NCBI GenBank assembly: GCA_003614675.1
Contig: ML002365.1
Coordinates: 1-37,922, forward strand
Reading direction: 5' to 3'
DNA length: 37,922 nt
Source of the DNA: Dimargaris cristalligena
Taxonomy: Eukaryota
The notes below the pieces were generated by a model. The model was given only the letters and a program-made list of their open reading frames with translations. It ran no database searches and was not told where the DNA came from. Below, one piece after another: positions 1-11,141 of this stretch. The position numbers were made by a program, and so were the translations under genes. Position 1 is the stretch's first letter. The number at the start of each line of letters is the position of its first letter.

Positions 1-2584
1 GGGGGGTCGAGATCATCAATGGAATTAAACAGGATTAAATATGAATTGCTTTACAGTGACTATTACAGCAAAGCATTGTCATGGTAAAGGCGGCTGTATT
101 GCTGGGTGGTACTGAGAAGTAAAGTATGACGGTAAAGACTGGCAATATCCAGCTCACCTCGGCAACTGATACACTGTATAATCACAACTATACGTTGACT
201 GGATTGTTGTTACAATACAGTAAGACAGATATGGGCAAATCGCTCACTGGCTGGCGAGGTGAGACTATTCTTAAACCAGCCCATGATATTTTTGGAAATA
301 GTACTGGCTACCAATTCACACAGTGCCAACCATTTCGGATGGGTCTATAACTGGGAATTCACCACAGTTGGCAACCCAGGAGTACCGTCTATATTAGCAG
401 ACAAAGGAGGGTCAAAACACGTAATGGTGTACAAGGCACTTGGTTTAGCCATGACTACCTTCCATTTTAGCGCTTCAGTGTACTACCTCTCACCACAACT
501 TGTATTTTATCGGTTTTTACTCTCCCGCACCTTCAATAGACATTTTCCCCTTCATTCCCGGGTGTACCCGGTGTTACACGGGATGCGGCGTAGAAAGTCC
601 CGTCTAAATCAGGGCAAATAGGCCTTGTTAGGGAGACTTGGGTATCATAGTGATAAAGGTAATAGAAGAGGTGAGGCGGAGGGGTGACGTTGCGCGGATC
701 CTAAGCACCTTCTCGGCCATAGCTGTAGACATATATAGTGTGGATAATAAGCCACTGAATTACGCGTATTTGCCGCCGCCTAGAATAAGATGCCTTTATA
801 TTTACCATTAAAGACTACTACCACTCCTCGCGCCACAGTTACGTGGAGCCACCCAAGCTGCTGCTTAGTCAAGGGCTGGAGGTACGCGACTTGCATTTGG
901 GCCAGTAAACCGGTGGTTTGAGAAGCCACAAACCAGTGGCCTTGGATTGGCCAATAAGACCCCTGGTCAATGGCGGATTAATGTAATTTCCTGTAAAACC
1001 ATGCCACCGATAAATCAATGTACACATTATTTCTAGTGAAGGCTGGATTCGGTAAGAGCCGTTTAATGAAAGAGCAGTGATCCATTGGAACTATCCGCAG
1101 TAAAATATACTGGAATACGCCAAAGGTAAATAAGGCGCGCGGGATTTTAAGGGGACGAAATGGTAATTACATACCGTATCATATCTACGGGAACGGCAGT
1201 TTGATCCGATGGGTGAATGGATCCCAAAAGTCGCAAGATTCCCGGATATTGCCAAGAACATTGTATATTCGGGCATTTGGAGATATTGTAAGCCTATTAG
1301 TTCGTCTCACGAAATGGTATTGAAAGATAGCACAAATGTATACGGGGATTCCCACCCACAACTAGATAAAAAATGACAGTGCAAAATCGAAAATAGACAA
1401 ACTACTTAAACCCTAAATATAATGACGTATACCCCTAGTCCTGTCTATTCAAGGCGGCAAATTTATTTACTCTACGTAAGCTAAAGCAAATCTGTACTAA
1501 TAGTTACTAATCGACTAGCTAGCTTTACAACCCCTCCACATTGGGACGGGGAATCGGTTGGCCAATTTTCAGTAGGGACCCACGGCAACCGCTAAATCAG
1601 GAAAACCCCAGCGCACCGAGCAGTCCATGTGGTCTCCGGAATAGGGATACCACGCTCAGCGACGAACGAGCAGTTACCGTCCCAATCGAACCCCGAAAAC
1701 GAACCTAGAGTATAACGCATAATTATCATCCGAATAGCCGGGTTCATTATGTTCCAATATTGTAATAAGTGATTTATACGGTAATTCATTATAAAAGCAC
1801 ACGGGGTGAGATTGGCTATTGACACCATTGGGTATCAGCTGACAAATTGCGGTAGCGAAGAAGAAGAAAAAGCAACAATTAGCAGTGAAGTCGGCAAACA
1901 AAGATGCTAAATAGAATAAAGATACACATGGGAGACACTCCACCTAGCAGGTGGAAGCATTCGAAGGATATGGCATTGGAGCAATGGGGCGGTATGCTTG
2001 AATTTTACCGGTGTAGCCTTGTCAGGGACTGGAGACTAGTTAGTGGTGACTGGGCTGGGTTTAGCCAAAATGCATCCCTATGCTTATTCATGAGATACGA
2101 CGGATAAGTAGAAAAAAAGAGGACGGCAAAAGAGACGGATACGATCAAGCAAGTAAGTGTTACAAATGAAAAAAAAAGAGCTATATTTATATATACGTAT
2201 GGGTAAAATATATACTGGAAAATTTAACCGAGATAAATTTGACTCATTGGTAAAAAGTAAAGAAATAGAAGGGTCATTAGAAAGTAGGTCGTAAAAATAG
2301 GAAATCAAAGATGGGAAGGGCCTCCATTTACAACATGGTAATTGAAAATGGGGTCGTCCAGTATACGGAAATGGAAATCTGATGGCGCCCATTTTCTTGA
2401 GAATAGAGGATTGTCTCTCTCGCATCTTAGTAGAGGAAGAATGGAGGTAAGGCAACCCCGAAAACCTCCTTAACCTTTGAGACAATGGAGTAAGAGGGCG
2501 GAGGAGATGCCCGCCATATCTGGTGTATAGCCTAGTGCAGAAAAGGTCTACATTCAACTTTAGGGGGTAGGTGTGAGGAATTTA

Positions 2585-5500
2585 TTAACAGTCGGTACTG
2601 TTCCAAACAAATAGGAAACGCCGACTCACTTTACCGGTATCGTAGAGGTAGCCCGGCGTGGGTTCTATGGCGTGAAAGGGCCGATGATCCCCGGAGAGAT
2701 GTGGCTGATGAAGGTTCTCTTCGTCTTGCTTGAAGGTGACGACTGACGGAGCGGCCTTGAGTTGACTGGAAGCCACCGAAATCAGGGAGGGGTTGGAGGG
2801 GACGGGGAATAGGCCCTGGGTCACCCGCTGATCGGCTGGATTGGTGATTATGGATAAAGGGAGGGAGAGTTGGGAGTCCGGAGGAGGCATTTCAAAGTGG
2901 CACGCTGAAGGCAAGGAAGGTCGGGGCACGGGATCATTTAATGAACACGTCGTTTGGGCTGAATCGAGACTGATATTGGCCAGGTCGGCGGGGTGGAGAC
3001 TACGATCGTCGTCAACGTCCGAATGATGGGATTCACACTCGGTGGCGTCACTAGCTGTCGTACTGCTGTCCTGATCAACCCCACCCTCGGCATCGGCATC
3101 GACACCGGCTTCGGTGTCAGTACCCTGCCGGTTACTGGTAAGGGGGTCCTCCTCGACCGGGTCGAGTTCGGGGATAAATTCCGTTAAAGCGTGAGCCGAT
3201 AATTGGGCGGGGGCTCCTCCTCCACTCACAGCGGAGAGTAGCGAGTGAGCAGAGGGGGCCGTCATAACCGACCGTAGGTCCATACTCGAGTCCTCGGGTA
3301 GCGAGCCTGTGACGGAGCTAGGGGCATCGTCGATGGGAAGCGAGGGCTGGTTCTTGCGCCGTTTGTCGCGCAAAACTTCGATATGATCGAGAATGCGGAC
3401 AATATCTTGCTTGTACTTGGACGACCGGGCGGAGTGCTGCACCATAAGATCCGAGTCCAGGCCCAGGTCCAAGTGGGCGAGGTTGGCGTCGGTGGAGAGG
3501 CGCTCCAGGTGGATCGAGGCCCGCTGCTGCTGATTGGTCTGGTTGGGATTAAGCTGCTGTTGGCTGCGGCGGTGTTGGTGGAATCTATTCGCGGGTAGTA
3601 ATGATAAGGGGGACATGGGTGGAGAGTTCTCCCCACCTTCCTTAATGGCCGGTAGGGACGGCACAGGGCTGGTCATATTTCGCTGTCGGATCGTTGGAGA
3701 CTTGGGACCCGCGCGAAGAGGTGGGCTGCTACCGTGGGCTGCGGTTGATTTGCCAGTCAGAAGGGGAATGTTGAACGTACGGGACTGACGGCGTTTAGCC
3801 CGGGACATGGGGTTTTGGTCGTCAAACGCCCGTTCGGACTCGGCAAAAGAGGGACGGTGGCGGGAGTCTTCCGAGGGCCGGGCAAGCAATGAGGGAACCG
3901 TTCGCTTGAAAGAGGGCATACTGATACCGCTTAAGCGACTGGAACGACGCTGCTTCGCTGGATTGGGATGATGAGGGTGGTGGCTGTGGGGATGTTGCTG
4001 TGGCTGTTGCTGGAGACGCTGAAGGCGTTTCTGGTAGGTCCGAACTTGACGAACGATACGGATTTCCTGTTCTAACATGGTCTTCCACTGGGATTTGCTT
4101 TGAGCATCGTCAGCCAGGATATAAACCCGCATCCGCCAGGCACTGTAAAAGGTCTGGGTGTCTTCTTCGGTAATATTCATGGTTTCCAGGATTTGGTCCA
4201 GGTCCAAGTGGGACTCGTCTACAGAAGCAACGGCGCTTGTGTGGGTGCGGACCGATGCGGGACTGCCGTCAATGGATACATCACAGGGCGAATCGGTCAG
4301 GACGGATTCCTGCAGCATAATCTGGCGGGCGGCCTTGATTTCAACGGGATGGGGGAAAGCACTTTGCCTCCGCTGTTTGTCGGTCATGGACAGGGGGCTG
4401 AAGGCGAGTTCCAGGCCGTAGGGGCCCAGGTTAATGACTTCCGAAGTGGGGTTATGCACCTGGGTTAGGTGAATCAGGGAAATCCGACCGCATTTGGGGC
4501 GGGCCTCACGGTGCTCCGGGTGGAAGAGAATCAGGGAGTGCTTATCCATGACCATCCAGAACCGCTTCCAGGAGGCCCCTTTGCCGGAACGCACAAACAG
4601 GGAAAGATGGCCGCTAAAATGGGTTGGGATTGGGGGAGCTCGGGAAGCATGGGAGCTGGAGGGCCGGTCCTGGTTAACGGAGGTTCCCCCCATGGAGATA
4701 CGCTGGGACGAGGCGATGCTGGTGTAGGAGAGGCGGGACTTGTGGATGGTGGTGCGTACCGAGTCGGTGTAGCCGTTGGCCTTGAGCCAGGGTTTGGCCG
4801 GGAACGAGTACTTGCCATCTTCGTGGAAGGGGTCGTGTTCAATGACCACGCCCACCTCTAACGTCACTTCAAGGGACCGTTTGAGCATTTCGGAGGAGGA
4901 CAGAGTCAGGAGCGGCATATTGTAGGTTTTGGTTTCTTTGCTCAAACGGCGGAATCCGAAATCCAAATACAGTTCACTAAGCACCTGGCCCTCCGAGCGG
5001 GACCGACGATTGGCTAGGCTTTGGAACCAGCGGGAGGGCGTGGCGAATCGACCACCAGGGCCGCCGCCGCCACCACCACCACTACTCACCGGGCCCGAGC
5101 GATCGCCGGCGGAAAACGGAGGCCGATTGGCTGATGAAGCCACGGCGGCACTGTTAGAACGTAAGAGGGGCTTGGGCAGGACCGAGAGCTTGAAGGTGAA
5201 GGGGTGTAGAATGTCAAACACGAACACGTCGGGGTATTGGGCAACGTGGACATTTTTGTCAACCCGACGGGGATTGGTCACGTCGGTTGAAAAAGACTGC
5301 TGGCCCACTTCCATGACGCACTGGAAGGCCGATGACTTGGAAGGGCCAATGTATTCCAGCTGGACCACCCGCACATAGAAGATACCGGACGGGGGCTTGA
5401 CTTCCTTCGGTTTATGATGAGGATCGGCGGTACTTTGGGGTATTTCGGGCTGAGACAGTTCCTCCCGTTTGAGCAAGGGAGCGGATACAGTGCTGGTACC

Positions 5501-5959
5501 GTGGATGCTGGATCGCCGGCTCCGTCGGTTGCGGGTATTGCGGGAGGGGGTCTGGGGGCTGGGTGTGACAGGGGGAGTATCGTGGCGGAGGGAGTCAGGA
5601 GGACCCCGCTGGGGGGTGGTGATTCGAGTGAGGGAAGTGAGGGGGAGGGTCGAAGCGGGGGATGAGAGGGTTTTGTGGGCGAGGGGACGCTGCGAAGGAG
5701 TGACGACGAAGGGGTCGGAGGCGACGCGCGGGGGAGTGGACATGGGCGGAGGTTCCCAACGGGGCGGAGGCGGAGCGGTGGCCACGGACTTGCGGGGAGT
5801 AAAGAGACCATAGCGCATGGTAGCGGTGCGGAGCAGGCCATTCTTGGGGGGTGGGTGAGCGGGGCCGGGCAGGTCCGCCGGCTCCTGGTCGGGGGCGCCT
5901 TCCACGGCGGGTTTCTTGTGGAAACCGGCTAGGAAGGTGTCCTTGATAAAACTGAGCAT
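2585..5959 (-). CDS. Anillin/Bud4/Mid2-like (or rhotekin-like) protein with C2-like domain and split PH domain, long disordered N- and C-termini, 1124 aa
   Basis: Single long ORF; first ATG (MLSFIKDTF) at 5959. Beta-rich C2-like block GIFYVRVVQLEY...DVFVFDILHPFTFKLSV...LEVTLEVGVVIE (~5390-4840), then PH motifs SGHLSLFVRSGKGASWKRFWMVM...CGRISL...GLELAF and terminal strand/helix RVYILADDAQSKSQWKTMLEQEI. PH is well supported; the family assignment is by eye. Confidence 0.7.
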   Translation of the reverse strand: MLSFIKDTFLAGFHKKPAVEGAPDQEPADLPGPAHPPPKNGLLRTATMRYGLFTPRKSVATAPPPPRWEPPPMSTPPRVASDPFVVTPSQRPLAHKTLSSPASTLPLTSLTRITTPQRGPPDSLRHDTPPVTPSPQTPSRNTRNRRSRRSSIHGTSTVSAPLLKREELSQPEIPQSTADPHHKPKEVKPPSGIFYVRVVQLEYIGPSKSSAFQCVMEVGQQSFSTDVTNPRRVDKNVHVAQYPDVFVFDILHPFTFKLSVLPKPLLRSNSAAVASSANRPPFSAGDRSGPVSSGGGGGGGPGGRFATPSRWFQSLANRRSRSEGQVLSELYLDFGFRRLSKETKTYNMPLLTLSSSEMLKRSLEVTLEVGVVIEHDPFHEDGKYSFPAKPWLKANGYTDSVRTTIHKSRLSYTSIASSQRISMGGTSVNQDRPSSSHASRAPPIPTHFSGHLSLFVRSGKGASWKRFWMVMDKHSLILFHPEHREARPKCGRISLIHLTQVHNPTSEVINLGPYGLELAFSPLSMTDKQRRQSAFPHPVEIKAARQIMLQESVLTDSPCDVSIDGSPASVRTHTSAVASVDESHLDLDQILETMNITEEDTQTFYSAWRMRVYILADDAQSKSQWKTMLEQEIRIVRQVRTYQKRLQRLQQQPQQHPHSHHPHHPNPAKQRRSSRLSGISMPSFKRTVPSLLARPSEDSRHRPSFAESERAFDDQNPMSRAKRRQSRTFNIPLLTGKSTAAHGSSPPLRAGPKSPTIRQRNMTSPVPSLPAIKEGGENSPPMSPLSLLPANRFHQHRRSQQQLNPNQTNQQQRASIHLERLSTDANLAHLDLGLDSDLMVQHSARSSKYKQDIVRILDHIEVLRDKRRKNQPSLPIDDAPSSVTGSLPEDSSMDLRSVMTAPSAHSLLSAVSGGGAPAQLSAHALTEFIPELDPVEEDPLTSNRQGTDTEAGVDADAEGGVDQDSSTTASDATECESHHSDVDDDRSLHPADLANISLDSAQTTCSLNDPVPRPSLPSACHFEMPPPDSQLSLPLSIITNPADQRVTQGLFPVPSNPSLISVASSQLKAAPSVVTFKQDEENLHQPHLSGDHRPFHAIEPTPGYLYDTGKVSRRFLFVWNSTDC

Positions 5960-6432
5960 ATAAGGACAGGTGAGGTAAGCGGGAGTAGAATAGAGGCGGG
6001 GTAGTACAGTCAATACGGACTGAGTTGGACAGTGGAGTCCAACTGGATAGATAGTTTGAACGAGGGCGGGATTAGCAGAAATAGAAGCGTCAAGCGGGTG
6101 GTGGTGACACCAGGACGGTCGCTCGGGTAGTGCAGACCTGGGGGATTAGCAATAAATCAGCTTGGAGGGTTAGGGGGTCGTTAAGCCGAACGAATGCGGC
6201 CGGGCATAAAAGGTAATATAAAATAGAAATTAATAAGATAATGAAAGAAAGTGGGTAGAGAAGAGTTAGGCCCAAAGAGAAAGGAAGGGGGGTAATAAGT
6301 AAACAAAGGGGCATACAGCGGCCCAGGGGATAAGGACCGTGGGGAGAGGAAACACGCAGCGAAGGGACCGGGCAGAGCCTCGTCGCAGTTGCAGTTGTGG
6401 TTGTGGCCGTAGTCGTAGTGATCGTTGTTGCA

Positions 6433-6467
6433 GTCGTAGTCGTAGTCGTAGTCGTAGTCGTAGTCGT
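6433..6467. repeat. Hexanucleotide microsatellite (GTCGTA)~5.8 within a degenerate triplet tract (6381-6467)
   Basis: Direct reading: gtcgta x5 plus gtcgt. Confidence 0.95.
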
Positions 6468-9400
6468 TAGCGTCAGGGCGGGGAAGGGGCATAAAGTGGA
6501 CGGGGAGAGTGTGTGCTGGTCGTAGAGAATATCTAATAGAATCTATATATATATATAAAAAGACGGAGACCGAATCAATCAACGGAAGAAAACACATACA
6601 TAAGCCGAGGTCAGGATATATAATAAAAGAGAGAGAGAAAGGAAAAGGGAGAGCACGGCAGTGGGAGGAGGGCTTTAAGGTTAAGTCAGGGCGATGCTCA
6701 CTCCCATTCACCCTCATGCACCAATGTGCATTGCCACACACTGTTGCCCCTTGGCATCTAGCCGGCGACGGCTCTCCAGGCAGGCCACTCCTACCAAAAC
6801 CCGACCCCTTCCTCGCTACCCCTCGGCTCCAGGGAATGCGACCAGTGCGTTATCGGCCAATGTACCACAATGTATGACGGAGCAGGGCCGGGTTGCGCTA
6901 CTGATCTGAGAGGAACCGCTCCTCCAGACTACAATCCCTGGCTGATGTGTTCGCTTTTAAATCCCATGGTTTTGTTGCTTTATAATTAGTATATATATCT
7001 CTTCATTTCTCTCAATTCGCGTTCTTTTAATCAAATCCGGCCCTTCCCTGCCCGCTACGGGCTACTATGACCATTTTTAAAATCTGCGTTTTTCTGGAAT
7101 GCGATGGACAGTTGGGCCGCTCTTATCACTGGGTGGGCTTGTTTCAGCTATACAAGTTGCTCCGCTGGCGTCGACCAGGGTGCCTAGTCCCATATTTCCC
7201 GATCAAGCCCCGCCGGCTTCCCATCACTGCCACATACCAATTTTAAATGTTTAGAGTTTGTTTACGTAAATAAGCCCGCCCGCTCCGATGATAGGCCGGG
7301 TTTGTTGATTCATATGGGCAACCGCCATTGGAAATGGGGCCAAGTGGGTTGGGGTAGCAATAATATCAGCAACGGGGAGCAATGCTAATATAAAACAGCA
7401 CTCCAGTGGGTGGGAAAGGCGAAGATCCTCTCTACTTCCATGCCAATCATTGGATCCCACCCACTCTCCCCGCCTACCGTCAACAGCATCGGCACCCTTT
7501 GCTGGTCCTTGTTCCATTCACGTATTGGCACCAGGGCCAATCAAATCGTCACCGTGTGTGTACTCTACACATCGCAAAAGTGTAAACAACGATGGATTTT
7601 TAGACGCGAGAGCGCGTCCGAAGTAGTTGGTGACGAGTAAACTGATCACGACCTCTAGCGCTGCGTCAACCTTTAAATCCCTATAGACCCTCTTTGACTG
7701 CCCGGTTTGATCATCGCTCTCCTGCATGATGATGATACCAAAAATTACACATATCTTTGCAACAAGGGATACCCGGTTTTTATCCCCACACCCCCTCCGC
7801 AACTGCCGTACACCCTTTTCCTTCAATAATTGACAAATACTCATATTGGGCGGTCAAAACGGTTTTTTCGGTTTGCACTGATGGGCAGGTTGGGTCGCCG
7901 AGTAGCTCAACCATGGATAGCTCAATCCAGAAGGGTATAGTCAGAAAATAAGTCACCCAATACCAGCCTGGTCATAGTATGATGCATTAAAACGGGGTTC
8001 GGATAGAAATGGCCAAAGTCTTTCAAGTGGGACGGCCGAGAAGACAAATAAAATGGCCCCAATACTCATCTATCATGCTAGAAGCCAACCAACCAAATTG
8101 AGACAATCCACTGTCATTCAAAACCAACGAGATCACGGCGGTTCCCGAAACAGGGTTTTTCATATACCCGCTAAATGATAAATATACTATTTAACCAGCA
8201 AAAGGACCATGAGTAAAAGGGATAATAAAGGGTATAGAGGATGCGACTAATGGGCAGTGCGGTGCGAGTACCACACAGCAGACAGCAAAAGGCAGTCTAA
8301 ATCCACCGTCAATTCGGGTGACCGTCAGTTCAAACTCGGCAACTAACTCTATAACACCCCAAACTCCACTTTTACCGGTTGGGAGCTCGCATCCAATTTG
8401 TCCATAGATTGACTCCCGCTCACCACTTTAGGGTGTTGGTATAAATATTTACCGCCTCCCTTCCGCAGTGTTAATCACTTTGGCACAAATTAATGATTTT
8501 GGACCCATCTTGGCAACATCTCTCTCCCCCCGAAATTGCAATACAGGCAGTTCCAACTAACCATTCTCAAAAGAAAGAAGAGAATTGGGCAACCCATAGC
8601 GGGTGAGCTAACTCTGGCACGCAGCAGACTAGGTGGGGAATTTACCAACACCGTATTCCGGACTTACCTCTACCCTGGCTTAGTAGTACAGCTTACCAGG
8701 ATCATCAACGGCCTTGACGTCTTTCCAACGCCAAGGAATAGCGTGGTTCTATCTGTATAGTGCCTTACTTTTGCAAGTAGAAGATATTGATATCAACCCG
8801 ACACTATTCCCCCAAAATAAGATTTATAACATTGCGTCAAATGAAATGACCGTATACCATATTTCGGAAAACCTATATTGTCCATGTTAAAACTATGGCA
8901 CATTGTGGATTTTATTATCTCTTGTTTTTGTCCAACTATGTTGGTTTTTTTATAGGTATACTAGGTCCTTTGGCTTTAACCACTTAAAATACTCCCTGTC
9001 GGCCATAATTTTCAATAAAACCAGCCAACTAGAGGCGTCCGCCGGCCACAAGTTGCTCACTTCCCTTGCACACAGGTTTATTGATGCATTTTTAGCATTT
9101 CCAGCAGCCCATAGACTAGCTACCACATGAGAATAGAGGCAGCCCTGACCTCTATCTATCATTTAATTGTGGTGGACCCGTTCCGAAGTACTTAATCGAA
9201 ATCACAGAAATGCTATATAACCCAAAAAAAGTATATAGCACCGGTTCCCCGCTTCCGTTTTCTCCCCTCTTTTAGTTGACTACATTCCTCTCCCGTCCTA
9301 CATTCTTTTCGCATCTTTCATAATTTTGACCTACTTCTAGAAAACGGTTGACATTCGGTATCTAATGTCGTTTAGGATACGAGGCTATCCCATCGGTAAT

Positions 9401-10152
9401 GATCACATTATGATTGGTCACAGGGCATCTAACTGACTGGGCAGTCGTGCCATTTCCCAATAGCTGTCCACATTGTGAAACAAAAGTGGCTCTTGGCTGA
9501 TAGTTGAGGAAACTCACAGTGGTCAATGGTTACACGGAGATAGGGGACGTGCATGCCCGCCAGTCCTTAAGCAGGGAGCCTAGATTAAACAGAATGTAGG
9601 TTTGAAGGTAAGGCCGAACGGTGAGGTGGATAGGGTTGTAGGTAGTGCGTTATATCGGCTTGGGAGGGGTGCAGCGAAGGGAACAGACTCTAAACTGATG
9701 CCGAACAATGCCGTTTAGTTTTCCAGCGTAACAGTGGCTCAGGCTCCACCCTGCTGGCTTTGCAAAAACGGTATCTAGAATTAATTGAAGTTACACGGGT
9801 GTAAAAGAGAAGACTCGCCGTTTCCCCGTTGTTTTTGTATGAAACATAAAAAGGGGTTTATAAATGCAATTGTCCATACCAAAAGAGATCGTATCTAAAA
9901 TGTACATTGTGCGACGATATGCCCAACTCTAGACATAGGTTAGATACATTAATCGCAATATGGTCATCACAGGGCAATCGCTGTGATGTTTTTAGGTGAA
10001 TTTCAAACCAGACGTGTAGGCCAACCGTATCGGGTGCCTCAAGTTACATTCAGCAGGTTGACTGGGGTAAAGTCGTGTCCCCCGCAGGCTCTTTGCATTT
10101 AATTTCCACACTATTCCTCTAGAAAAAAAAGGGGGGCCTAGGTCTACGTTAG

Positions 10153-10160
10153 TATAAATA
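10153..10160 (+). promoter_or_regulatory. Putative TATA box of the secreted-protein gene
   Basis: TATAAATA ~210 bp upstream of ATG 10365, followed by a pyrimidine-rich leader. Confidence 0.5.
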
Positions 10161-10364
10161 TTGCCTCCACCCCCTCTCCTCAGCCCAATCGCTACCCATC
10201 CATCTCTATTGTGTTGCCATCTGCACCATTTTGCCATTGTTCACCACCTTTACTTACACTAGTCCCTTATCACCGACTCTCTCACCATCCGCCCCCTTCC
10301 GCTCCTATATCCCTGGACTGCCGACCAATAGTTTACCTCAACAACCCGCTCCCACTAGTCAAAT

Positions 10365-11027
10365 ATGAAGATCCAATTTACCCTGACCATTTTATCTTTA
10401 GTGGTCTTATCCACTACCGCTGCTCCGGCGACCCAAGATAGTCCGATCCATTCGACCCCAACCGACGCTCCTACCACCCCTTTACCCGTTTTTAAGCGCC
10501 CTACAGAGTACCATTTGGATAACGCGGCGTGTGATACCCCGTCGATGCTCGCAAACCTGGGAATTCAGCCGATGGCCGATAGTACGGCCGGCCCCTTCGC
10601 CTTTACAGAGGAACCCGAAGGTTCTGAACCCAACGTGATTGATCATATGCCGTGCAATAGTCAGTTGCCTATTGGAAACCGCCCCGTCGCACTTAACACC
10701 GAATCCCAGAAGCTCCTAGAGCAGTTCATGAATGGGTACCAACCATTCAAGGGCATTGATGCTGATTTCTTTAAAATGCATGCCTGGTCAAAGAGCACAT
10801 CTGCCCATGACGCTCAGGCCAGTGGTGAGAGAATTGCCCCCGTTTCCGAACCCTCCATTGATTTAGGGGCCTCCAAAATTATGGCGGAATTTGTGCAAGA
10901 AAACCCCCAGTTTAAAAACTTGAAGCCCGGCTACTTGCCAAAGGATGGCCCTAAGAGTCTGAACCATCATCTTCCTGAGGGTTCCATCGATTTGGGGACC
11001 CGTTTCCCAGGTAATAAATTCCAATAA
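10365..11027 (+). CDS. Small secreted protein of unknown function with internal repeats, 220 aa
   Basis: Classical signal peptide MKIQFTLTILSLVVLSTTA/AP, P/T-rich linker, intronless ORF with coding-like composition, upstream TATA box and AT-rich 3' flank. Confidence 0.8.
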   Translation: MKIQFTLTILSLVVLSTTAAPATQDSPIHSTPTDAPTTPLPVFKRPTEYHLDNAACDTPSMLANLGIQPMADSTAGPFAFTEEPEGSEPNVIDHMPCNSQLPIGNRPVALNTESQKLLEQFMNGYQPFKGIDADFFKMHAWSKSTSAHDAQASGERIAPVSEPSIDLGASKIMAEFVQENPQFKNLKPGYLPKDGPKSLNHHLPEGSIDLGTRFPGNKFQ

Positions 11028-11114
11028 TTCCAGCAAGATAAATTGCTTCAAGGAATATTTAGAATAGCCGAGACTCAAAAGAATAGTTAGCCATAATTAA
11101 CAATGTTAATTATT

Positions 11115-11141
11115 ACACACACACACATATATATATATATA
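11115..11141. repeat. Compound (AC)n(AT)n microsatellite in the 3' flank
   Basis: acacacacacacacatatatatatata read directly. Confidence 0.85.

Noticed and set aside
708..725. ccttctcggcc resembling the U2 snRNA 5' end
   Set aside because: Lacks the following TTTTGGCTAAGATCAAGTGTAGTA branch-point-recognition sequence.
1..2560. Short ORFs at the window start, including the 157-aa minus ORF 2084-2557
   Set aside because: Low-complexity, UTR-like composition; most likely the 3' UTR of the C2+PH gene and intergenic/promoter DNA.
7721..7889. Possible box C/D snoRNA (ATGATGA ~7729, CTGA ~7878, cctgc/gcagg ends)
   Set aside because: Terminal stem needs a bulge, no C'/D' boxes or recognisable rRNA-complementary guide, and the span is long; compatible with chance.
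8124..8136. 13-bp direct repeat CCAACGAGATCAC, also at 15364-15376
   Set aside because: About ten exact 13-mer pairs are expected by chance in 38 kb (N^2/2 divided by 4^13); flanks do not extend.
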